Shown: positions 36,014 to 42,760 of the stretch, one piece after another | Position numbering within the stretch: position 1 is the stretch's first letter | Layout of the letters: the number at the start of each line of letters is the position of its first letter | Assembly: GCA_001767195.1 (NCBI GenBank) | Contig: MEKU01000056.1 | Span: 49,289 to 102,606 of the forward strand | DNA from: Acidobacteria bacterium RIFCSPLOWO2_02_FULL_67_21 | Lineage (GTDB): Bacteria; Acidobacteriota; Vicinamibacteria; Vicinamibacterales; UBA2999 | Length of the DNA: 53,318 nucleotides | Direction: 5' to 3' | The notes under the pieces: model-generated | Database searches by the model: none | The model's input: only the letters and a program-made list of their open reading frames with translations | Told to the model about the DNA's origin: nothing | Translations under genes and position numbers: made by a program

Positions 36014-37285
36014 GTGGCAACCGTCGTGCGCTGCCTGTCCTGGTTCACGCAGCGGGGGCTGCTTGCCGTCGTGTGCCTCGCCGGCTGCCACGCCGAGGCG
36101 CCGGCACCGGCAGCCCTCAACGCCGACATCTTCCTCAGCCCCGACACCGCCCTGATCCGCGGGCTCGTGGCGCCGAGCACGACGCTCGATGAAATGCTGC
36201 GCGCGCACGGCCTGAGCGCCGACGCGGTCGGCCGGCTGATCGACGCGGCCCGGGCCGTGTTCGACCCGCGCCGCATGCGGGCCGCGCAGCCGTTCCTGAT
36301 CGAGCGGACCCACGACGGCGGGCTCCGCCAGTTCGAGTACGAGATTGACGCCGCGTCGTTCCTCCGCGTGACCCCGGTCGCCCTTGGCGCCGAAGCGCTT
36401 CGGGCCGAGGTTCTGCCGATCCCCAGGACGCTGGAAGAGGCGGCGGCGGCCGGGATGGTGGACGATGCGACGCCGTCGCTGTTTCAGGCGATGGACGCCG
36501 CAGGGGAGAACGCGGAGTTGACGATGGCGCTGGCGAGAATTTTCGCCGGCGAGGTCGACTTCAACACCGAGGTCCAGCCGGGCGACCGGTTCGCCCTGGC
36601 GTTCGAACGGTTCGTGCGGCCGGACCGGCCCCCCACCTACGGGGCGATCACCGCCGCCGAATTCATCAACGACGGACGTCTCATCCGCGCGGTGCGGTTC
36701 ACACCTCCCGGCGGCCGCCCGGATTATTTCGACGAGCAGGGCCGCTCGCTGCGGCGGTTCCTCCTCCGCTCGCCGTTGAAGTTCGAGCCGCGGATCACCT
36801 CGCGCTTCTCGCTGCGGCGGCTGCACCCGGTGCTCCACACGACGCGCGCGCATCGCGGCGTCGACTACGGCGCGCCGACCGGCGCGCCGGTGGTGGCGGC
36901 AGCGGGTGGCACGGTCGTCTCGGCCACCTATGACAGTGCGAACGGGCGCATGGTGCGGCTGCGCCACGCCGGGGGGTACGAGTCGTACTACCTGCACCTC
37001 TCCGCCTTTGCGGCCGGAATCCGGCGCGGCGCGCGGATCGATCAGGGACAGGCAATCGGCCGCGTCGGCTCGACCGGCCTCGCGACAGGACCACACCTGC
37101 ACTACGGCCTGCAGAAGAACGGACGATGGGTCGACCCGCTGCGCGAGCACCGGAACATGCCGCCCGGCGATCCCGTCCCGTCGACGGCGATGGAGGCGTT
37201 TCGCGCAGCGCGAGACGGTGCGCTCGAACGCCTCAGCAGCGCGCACGCCAGCGCGATGTCCGCGGTCGTCACCACATCCAACTGA
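36014..37285 (+). CDS. M23-family metallopeptidase (lipoprotein)
   Basis: Trimmed to the GTG at 36014. It has the lipobox LAGC and the M23 motifs HRGVDYGAPTGAPV and GSTGLATGPHLHYG. Confidence 0.85.
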   Translation: MATVVRCLSWFTQRGLLAVVCLAGCHAEAPAPAALNADIFLSPDTALIRGLVAPSTTLDEMLRAHGLSADAVGRLIDAARAVFDPRRMRAAQPFLIERTHDGGLRQFEYEIDAASFLRVTPVALGAEALRAEVLPIPRTLEEAAAAGMVDDATPSLFQAMDAAGENAELTMALARIFAGEVDFNTEVQPGDRFALAFERFVRPDRPPTYGAITAAEFINDGRLIRAVRFTPPGGRPDYFDEQGRSLRRFLLRSPLKFEPRITSRFSLRRLHPVLHTTRAHRGVDYGAPTGAPVVAAAGGTVVSATYDSANGRMVRLRHAGGYESYYLHLSAFAAGIRRGARIDQGQAIGRVGSTGLATGPHLHYGLQKNGRWVDPLREHRNMPPGDPVPSTAMEAFRAARDGALERLSSAHASAMSAVVTTSN

Positions 37286-37303
37286 TCGCTGTCGGTCACA
37301 CCA

Positions 37304-37309
37304 TATAAT
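37304..37309 (+). promoter_or_regulatory. Perfect TATAAT hexamer 11 nt upstream of the DUF1015 start codon (candidate -10, near-leaderless mRNA)
   Basis: TATAAT at 37304-37309 in a ~70 % GC genome. There is no Shine-Dalgarno sequence between it and the ATG at 37321. The -35 is weak (ACTGAT at 37281-37286). Confidence 0.3.
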
Positions 37310-37320
37310 TGGTGTTTCTG

Positions 37321-38538
37321 ATGGCCACTATTGTTCCGTTCCGGGCGCTGCGGCCGGTGCCGAACGCCGCCGAGCGCGTGGCGGCGGTGCCGTACGACGT
37401 CGTCAATGCCGGCGAAGCACGGGCGCTCGCCGCCGGCAACCCCCTGAGCTTTCTCCACGTCTCCCGCGCGGAGATCGATCTGCCTGCCGCCGCCGATCCG
37501 TATGCCGACGAGGTGTATGCGAAGGCTGCGGAAAATTTCACGCGGCTCCGCACGCAGGCGCCGCTGATTGTGGAACAGGCCCCAACGCTGTACGTTTATC
37601 GCCTTCAAATGGGCGCACACGTCCAGACCGGATTGGCGGGCTGTTTCTCACTGGACGAGTACGACGCCGACGCGATCAAGAAGCACGAGCGAACGAGGCG
37701 CGACAAGGAGGACGACCGGACGCGCCACATCCTGGAGCTGCGGGCGCAGACCGGACCCGTATTTCTGACGTACCGGGCGTCGGCTGCCGTGGACGAGGTC
37801 GTGGCCCGGACGGTCGCCGCGCCGGCGCTCTTTGACTTCGCGGCGGTCGACGGCGTGCGGCACACCATCTGGCCGGTGGCCGCGGGGGACACACGCGCGG
37901 TCGTCGCGGCGTTTGCCGCCGTGCCGGCGCTCTATATCGCCGATGGCCATCACCGCGCCGCCAGCGCCGCCCGCGTCCGGCAGCAGCTCCGGAGCGGCTC
38001 CCATGCCGCCGGCGAGTGGGACACGTTTCTCGCGGTGGCGTTTCCCGACAACCAGATGCAGGTGCTTCCGTACAACCGCATCGTCCGGGATCTCGGCTCG
38101 CACAGCAGAGAGTCGCTGCTCGCCTCGCTTCGCGAACGGTTCGAGGTGCGCGACGGTCCCGCGTCGCCGGCGCGGAAGGGCGACGTGACGATATTTCTGG
38201 GCGATCGCTGGCGGACGATCGACCTGGGTCCGGCACCGCGCGGCGCCGACCCGGCCGACCGGCTGGACGTCAGCCGCCTGCAGAGCCTGATCCTGGGACC
38301 GCTGCTCGGGATCGGCGATGTCCGCACCGACAAGCGGATCGACTTTGTCGGCGGCGCCCGCGGGACGGCAGCGCTCGAGCGCCACGTGACCGAGGGGACG
38401 GCGGCGGTCGCCTTCTCGATGTATCCGGTGAGCGTGGACGATCTGATGGCCATCTCGGACGCCGGGAGCATCATGCCGCCGAAGTCCACCTGGTTCGAGC
38501 CAAAGCTGCGCGACGGGCTGCTCACGCATCTGATCTGA
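37321..38538 (+). CDS. DUF1015 domain-containing protein
   Basis: The N-terminal MATIVPFRALRP…VAAVPYDVV is the hallmark DUF1015 start. ADGHHR is conserved. Length is 405 aa. Confidence 0.85.
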   Translation: MATIVPFRALRPVPNAAERVAAVPYDVVNAGEARALAAGNPLSFLHVSRAEIDLPAAADPYADEVYAKAAENFTRLRTQAPLIVEQAPTLYVYRLQMGAHVQTGLAGCFSLDEYDADAIKKHERTRRDKEDDRTRHILELRAQTGPVFLTYRASAAVDEVVARTVAAPALFDFAAVDGVRHTIWPVAAGDTRAVVAAFAAVPALYIADGHHRAASAARVRQQLRSGSHAAGEWDTFLAVAFPDNQMQVLPYNRIVRDLGSHSRESLLASLRERFEVRDGPASPARKGDVTIFLGDRWRTIDLGPAPRGADPADRLDVSRLQSLILGPLLGIGDVRTDKRIDFVGGARGTAALERHVTEGTAAVAFSMYPVSVDDLMAISDAGSIMPPKSTWFEPKLRDGLLTHLI

Positions 38539-38627
38539 ACCACGACGACACGAAGATCTCGAAGAACACGAAGTCATTATGAAAACGGGTCTTCGTGGCC
38601 TTGGTGATCGTCGTGATCTTCGTGGTT
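38539..38627. repeat. Periodic-unit hairpin, CACGAAG flavour, between DUF1015 and serA
   Basis: aaccacgacgacacgaagatctcgaagaacacgaag, a 17-nt loop, then cttcgtggccttggtgatcgtcgtgatcttcgtggtt. The 3' arm ends 4 nt before the serA ATG. Confidence 0.85.
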
Positions 38628-38631
38628 GATT

Positions 38632-39861
38632 ATGAGAGTTCTTGTAGCCGACGCATTCGAGTCTTCCGGCCTCGAGGGCCTGAGCGCAGCAGGCTGCGAG
38701 GTCCTCTACCAGCCCGATCTGAGCGGCGACGCCCTTGAGCAGGCGCTTCGCGTGTCCGAGCCGGACGTGCTCGTCGTGCGGTCGACCCGCGTGACGGAGC
38801 CGATGCTCGATGCCGGACCGCGCCTGTCGCTCGTCGTGCGGGCGGGAGCCGGCGTCAACACGATCGATGTCGCGGCCGCGGCCCGGCGCGGTATCTACGT
38901 GTCGAACTGCCCCGGCCGCAACTCCACTGCGGTTGCCGAGCTGGCCATCGGGCTGCTGATTGCGCTCGATCGCCGTATTCCCGACAACGTCGCGGAGCTG
39001 CGCGCCGGCCGATGGAACAAGAAGAAGTTCGCGTCCGAATCCCGGGGGCTGTACGGCCGGACGCTCGGCCTGCTCGGGTTCGGCAGCATCGGGCAGGAAG
39101 TCGCCCGGCGCGCGCGCGCGTTCGGCATGGAGGTGATCGTCTGGAGTCCCCGATTCCTTCGCGACGGCGCCGCGGCGCTGGCGGCGCTGCCGCGCGACCT
39201 GGAGGTGACGGTCTTTCGATCGCCCGAAGACGTGGCGGCGCGGAGCGACGCGCTGAGCGTGCACCTCGCGTTGACCCCGGAGACCGGGCATTTTGTGGGC
39301 GCATCGATCCTGAGCCGCCTGAAGCCGGGCGCGCTCTTCGTGAACACGGCACGGGCCGAGCTCGTGGACGAGGCAGCGCTGAGACAGGCCGTGGAGACCG
39401 GCGGTGTGCGGGCCGCACTCGACGTGTTTGCAGGCGAGCCGGCGGCGGGCGCCGCGGAATTTTCCCCGCCGCTGGCCGCGCTGCCCGGCGTCTACGGCAC
39501 GCACCACATCGGTGCGTCCACGGAGCAGGCGCAGGAGGCCATCGCGGCAGAAGCGGTTCGTGTCATTCGCACGTATCGGGACAGTGGCAAGGTGCCGAAT
39601 GTCGTGAATCTGGCATCGCGCACGCCCGCCACGCACACGCTCATCGTGCGGCACCGCGATCGGCCTGGCGTGCTGGCTGATGTGTTCGCGCAGCTGCGGC
39701 TGCGCGATCTCAACGTCCAGGAAACCGAAAACGTGATTTTCGAAGGGGCTGAAGCGGCCGTGGCGCGCATCAGTCTCGACAGCGAGCCGGACGGCGCGCT
39801 GCTTCAGGCCATCCGGACGGCGAACCCGGACGTGTTGAGCCTGCAGGTTGTGAAAAGATAG
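38632..39861 (+). CDS. serA: D-3-phosphoglycerate dehydrogenase (with C-terminal ACT domain)
   Basis: I prefer the ATG at 38632. It has the 2-hydroxyacid dehydrogenase NAD motif GLLGFGSIGQEV and catalytic-region blocks. The C-terminal ~75 aa fit an ACT fold (LIVRHRDRPGVLADV). Confidence 0.85.
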   Translation: MRVLVADAFESSGLEGLSAAGCEVLYQPDLSGDALEQALRVSEPDVLVVRSTRVTEPMLDAGPRLSLVVRAGAGVNTIDVAAAARRGIYVSNCPGRNSTAVAELAIGLLIALDRRIPDNVAELRAGRWNKKKFASESRGLYGRTLGLLGFGSIGQEVARRARAFGMEVIVWSPRFLRDGAAALAALPRDLEVTVFRSPEDVAARSDALSVHLALTPETGHFVGASILSRLKPGALFVNTARAELVDEAALRQAVETGGVRAALDVFAGEPAAGAAEFSPPLAALPGVYGTHHIGASTEQAQEAIAAEAVRVIRTYRDSGKVPNVVNLASRTPATHTLIVRHRDRPGVLADVFAQLRLRDLNVQETENVIFEGAEAAVARISLDSEPDGALLQAIRTANPDVLSLQVVKR

Positions 39862-39865
39862 GGAT

Positions 39866-40945
39866 ATGCGCATCTATAATTTTTCCGCCGGTCCCGCGGT
39901 GCTGCCGCTGCCGGTCCTCGAAGAGGCGCAGCGCGATCTCGTGGCGCTGCCCGGGGTCGGCATGTCGGTGATGGAGATCAGCCATCGATCTGCCGCGTTC
40001 GAGAATCTGCTGAACCAGGCGATCGAAGACATCCGGGCGCTGGCGAACATTCCGTCCAGCTACCGGATCCTGATGTTGCAGGGGGGCGCCACGCTGCAGT
40101 TCTCGATGGTGCCGATGAACCTGCTGATGGCGGGCGCCACGGCCGACTACATCGACACCGGCTCGTGGGCCGACAAGGCGATCAAGGAAGCCCGGAAGGT
40201 CGGCTCCGTGAACGTGGCGGCGACCACCAAGGGCGACAAGTACAGCCGGCTTCCCGCGCAGCAGGAGCTGACGCTCACGCCGGGCGCCGCCTACGTGCAC
40301 GTCACGACCAACAACACGATCGAAGGGACCGAGTGGAAGGCGATTCCCGATGTCGGATCGGCGCCGCTCGTGGCCGACACGTCCTCCGACATGTTCAGCG
40401 GCCCGATCGATGTCGCCCGGTTTGGCCTGATCTACGCCGGCGCGCAGAAGAATCTCGGGCCGTCGGGCGTCACGCTCGTGATCATCCGCGAGGATCTCCT
40501 CGCCCGGTCGACCGACGGGCTGCCGATCATGCTGAACTACAAGGTCCACGCCGACAACAACTCGCTCTACAACACCCCGAACACGTTCGGCGTCTACATT
40601 CTCGGGCTCACGATGAAGTGGCTCCGCTCCCTCGGCGGGCTGGACGCGATTGGGGCACGCAACGAGCGCAAGGCGGCGAAGCTGTACGCCGAGATCGACC
40701 GGACCGGCTTCTACCGCGGAACGGCACAGAAGAAGAGCCGGTCGCGGATGAACGTGACGTTCCGCCTGCCGACCGAAGAGCACGAGAAGGCCTTCGTGAA
40801 GGAGTCGACGGCCGCGGGGCTCGACGGCCTGAAAGGGCACCGGTCGGTCGGCGGCATGCGCGCGTCGATCTACAACGCGTTTCCGGAAGACGGTGTCGAG
40901 GCGCTCGTCCAGTTCATGCGCGAGTTCGAGCGCAAGCACGGGTAG
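39866..40945 (+). CDS. serC: 3-phosphoserine/phosphohydroxythreonine aminotransferase
   Basis: 359 aa with MRIYNFSAGPAVLP at the N-terminus and the AGAQKNLGPSGV block containing the PLP lysine. It starts 4 nt after the serA stop. Confidence 0.92.
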   Translation: MRIYNFSAGPAVLPLPVLEEAQRDLVALPGVGMSVMEISHRSAAFENLLNQAIEDIRALANIPSSYRILMLQGGATLQFSMVPMNLLMAGATADYIDTGSWADKAIKEARKVGSVNVAATTKGDKYSRLPAQQELTLTPGAAYVHVTTNNTIEGTEWKAIPDVGSAPLVADTSSDMFSGPIDVARFGLIYAGAQKNLGPSGVTLVIIREDLLARSTDGLPIMLNYKVHADNNSLYNTPNTFGVYILGLTMKWLRSLGGLDAIGARNERKAAKLYAEIDRTGFYRGTAQKKSRSRMNVTFRLPTEEHEKAFVKESTAAGLDGLKGHRSVGGMRASIYNAFPEDGVEALVQFMREFERKHG

Positions 40946-40946
40946 G

Positions 40947-40972
40947 CACGGAGGGGACGGAGGCACGGCAAC
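40947..40972. repeat. Left arm of a split periodic hairpin (CACGGAG flavour)
   Basis: cacggag-gggacggag-gcacggcaac begins 2 nt after the serC stop. 40949-40965 (cggaggggacggaggca) is the perfect reverse complement of 42744-42760. Confidence 0.75.
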
Positions 40973-41043
40973 TATGTCGTGGCGTTTACACTTCCTGACG
41001 CGCGGCCCAATACTCGCTGCCGATCAGCTTTCGCCGCTGATCC

Positions 41044-41265
41044 TTAGCACTCGAGTCGGTGGTCCGGCTCCCAGAACTCGCACCCAGCGCATTCTTCCTC
41101 GGTCACGTGGGGTGGAGCGCATTCCACCGTAAGGCGTGTGCGACGCGGCCGCACACACACCCACGGGCCGCCCGGCTGTTCGGGGATGTCAACGAACTGG
41201 GAAGCCAGCCGAGTCCACTGGCAGTTCCAGGGGAACTGCACGCCTTTCTTTGCGACTTCTGGCAT
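41044..41265 (-). CDS. Hypothetical small Cys-rich protein (73 aa)
   Basis: ATG with AAGG 7 nt upstream. It has six Cys including CAGC (CxxC) and a C-terminal Cys. A 7-bp hairpin (GATCAGC…GCTGATC, 41022-41042) follows the stop. It lies in the low-GC island and I recognise no family. Confidence 0.4.
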   Translation of the reverse strand: MPEVAKKGVQFPWNCQWTRLASQFVDIPEQPGGPWVCVRPRRTRLTVECAPPHVTEEECAGCEFWEPDHRLEC

Positions 41266-41794
41266 TTGAAGCCTTAGAGTTGCGGCGCAGCAAGTGCCGT
41301 GCCCTTAACGGCTCCGCGAGTTCTATAAGCATTTGCAGGTGTCGGGACACGGGCCTGCAGGATCTTGATCAGTCGTGCCGTGAAATGTCCGATCCCATGC
41401 TGGAAATCCCACGGGTTGTATCTCGCAGAACATGATCGGTCGGAGCAGCCCGTGTCGGAGCGGATCTTTGGAACGCTGGTTGCGCCGCGATGGCCGCGTT
41501 CTCCGTTTCTGTCAGATTCCTTCGGTAAATCCTTGGCGACAAAATGATGCGCTAGTAAACACTGGGCTTTCCGCGTAACTCACATTCAGCTCGCGAATAG
41601 CGTTTCCGGATTCGGTCGTTGGCTTGCGTCTGTTCGCGTCAGGCTGCTGCGTGCGCCCGGGTTACTTGCAGCGGGTCAGTGCGAGTATTCGACCATCCTT
41701 GCCATCGTCTGGCGCCTGAAGTTCATCGAACATCGGTGCGCTCGCGGGCGCTCGGCGGCGTGGCGCTCGATTCGACTGAGCGGCCGGCAAGATA

Positions 41795-41832
41795 GGTAAC
41801 AGATCAGTCCGGCCCCGGACCGTTCTGTTACC
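41795..41832. repeat. 38-nt nested imperfect palindrome
   Basis: The sequence is GGTAACAGA-tca-GTCCGG-cc-CCGGAC-cgt-TCTGTTACC. It has a 9-bp outer stem plus a 6-bp inner stem and sits in the non-coding stretch upstream of 41965..42468. Confidence 0.7.
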
Positions 41833-41964
41833 CTTCTCTCCGGACCGCACCTATCGACCGGCTAACCGAATGGAGCCGACGCGCCAGGAGTTTCCTGCGA
41901 TCATGTCGCCGCGGCGCGCGGCTCATTCGGAACGTCTAGGCCCGCATTGAGGAACAGCAAGGCA

Positions 41965-42468
41965 ATGAAAGTCAATCAGTCAAACAATTCTGACCCAGGC
42001 TTCGGAAGTACAACATGGCGAGCAACGGGTCTCGTTGTACTAGCGGTCTTGCTAGGCAATGTCAACGCGCTGGTCGACTCTGTTCTCCACCCGGAGATTT
42101 CGTACTTCGATCGGGAGCATCTCATCGTGGGAGGCGTTACGGCCCTCGCCAGCGCAGTGCTCTCCTTTCTATTGATTCGCTACGAGCGTCACCTGAACAG
42201 AGCAATAGACACTATCGATCATCTTGAAGCGATTCTACCGATTTGCTCCAACTGCAAGAAGATTAGAAGGAGCGACGAAGGGCTAAATGTTGCGGAGTCC
42301 TGGCAGTCAATAGAGTCGTATTTCACTGAGAAGACGCGCTCGGAGTTTAGCCATGGTATTTGCCCAGAATGCATGGTGGCCCTCTATCCAGATTCCGTGC
42401 CGAGCCCGACAGCGAAGGACGCCGACATACGTGGTCACGCGCCGACCGCACGCCGCAATGAGGCCTAA
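41965..42468 (+). CDS. Membrane-anchored protein with C-terminal four-cysteine CxxCKKIR…FSHGICPEC module
   Basis: I prefer the ATG at 41965 (AAGG upstream) over the TTG at 41947. It has two TM helices (GLVVLAVLLGNVNALV and VGGVTALASAVLSFLLI). The C-terminal ILPICSNCKKIRRSDEG…WQSIESYFTEKTRSEFSHGICPECMVALYP matches a recurrent uncharacterised Cys4 module. Confidence 0.75.
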   Translation: MKVNQSNNSDPGFGSTTWRATGLVVLAVLLGNVNALVDSVLHPEISYFDREHLIVGGVTALASAVLSFLLIRYERHLNRAIDTIDHLEAILPICSNCKKIRRSDEGLNVAESWQSIESYFTEKTRSEFSHGICPECMVALYPDSVPSPTAKDADIRGHAPTARRNEA

Positions 42469-42704
42469 CACGTTTGCAGCCGTCGGCGACTGGCGCGACA
42501 ATGAGCCGTCGCGGTCGTATCCGCACTCCCAATCATCGGCGGAATCGCATTGACACTGGCGCGGCGCCAGCCAGGCGCCGGTCACTCCGCGGCGTGGAGG
42601 GGACCTCGCTCAGACCACATGTCGGAGCGCCTCGAGCCTCCAGAGGTAGTTGGCGATCTGATTCCAACTGGCGAACGTCAGGTCCTGACAGTTTTCTCTC
42701 CATT

Positions 42705-42760
42705 CACCCTCCGTTCCTCCGTGTCTTCTCCGGGTACGACCGTTGCCTCCGTCCCCTCCG
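42705..42760. repeat. Right arm of a split periodic hairpin (CACGGAG flavour)
   Basis: caccctccgt-tcctccgtg-tcttctccg…ttgcctccgtcccctccg ends 1 nt before the pcnB stop codon. The last 17 nt are perfectly complementary to 40949-40965. Confidence 0.75.

Larger units (their letters stand above)
40966..42743. mobile_element. Low-GC island B inserted between the arms of the serC/pcnB terminator-like hairpin
   Basis: It spans 1778 bp. The stretches I counted are 47-48 % GC. It holds only two plausible ORFs plus start-less ORF fragments and is flanked by 17-nt perfect inverted arms that abut the convergent stop codons. Confidence 0.55.

Noticed and set aside
37648-39873. 741-aa minus-strand ORF spanning DUF1015 and serA
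   Set aside because: It is antisense to two recognisable genes and crosses their intergenic hairpin. Its composition is dominated by R, G, A, P and H.
41136-41547. Plus-strand ORFs 41136..41435 (99 aa) and 41365..41547 (60 aa) in island B
   Set aside because: They have no SD, a Cys/Arg/Ser-rich composition that is not protein-like, and the first overlaps the more plausible minus-strand 73-aa ORF.
41662-41850. 62-aa minus ORF in island B
   Set aside because: It is Arg/Pro-rich, spans the 38-nt palindrome, and has no SD. It is probably non-coding.
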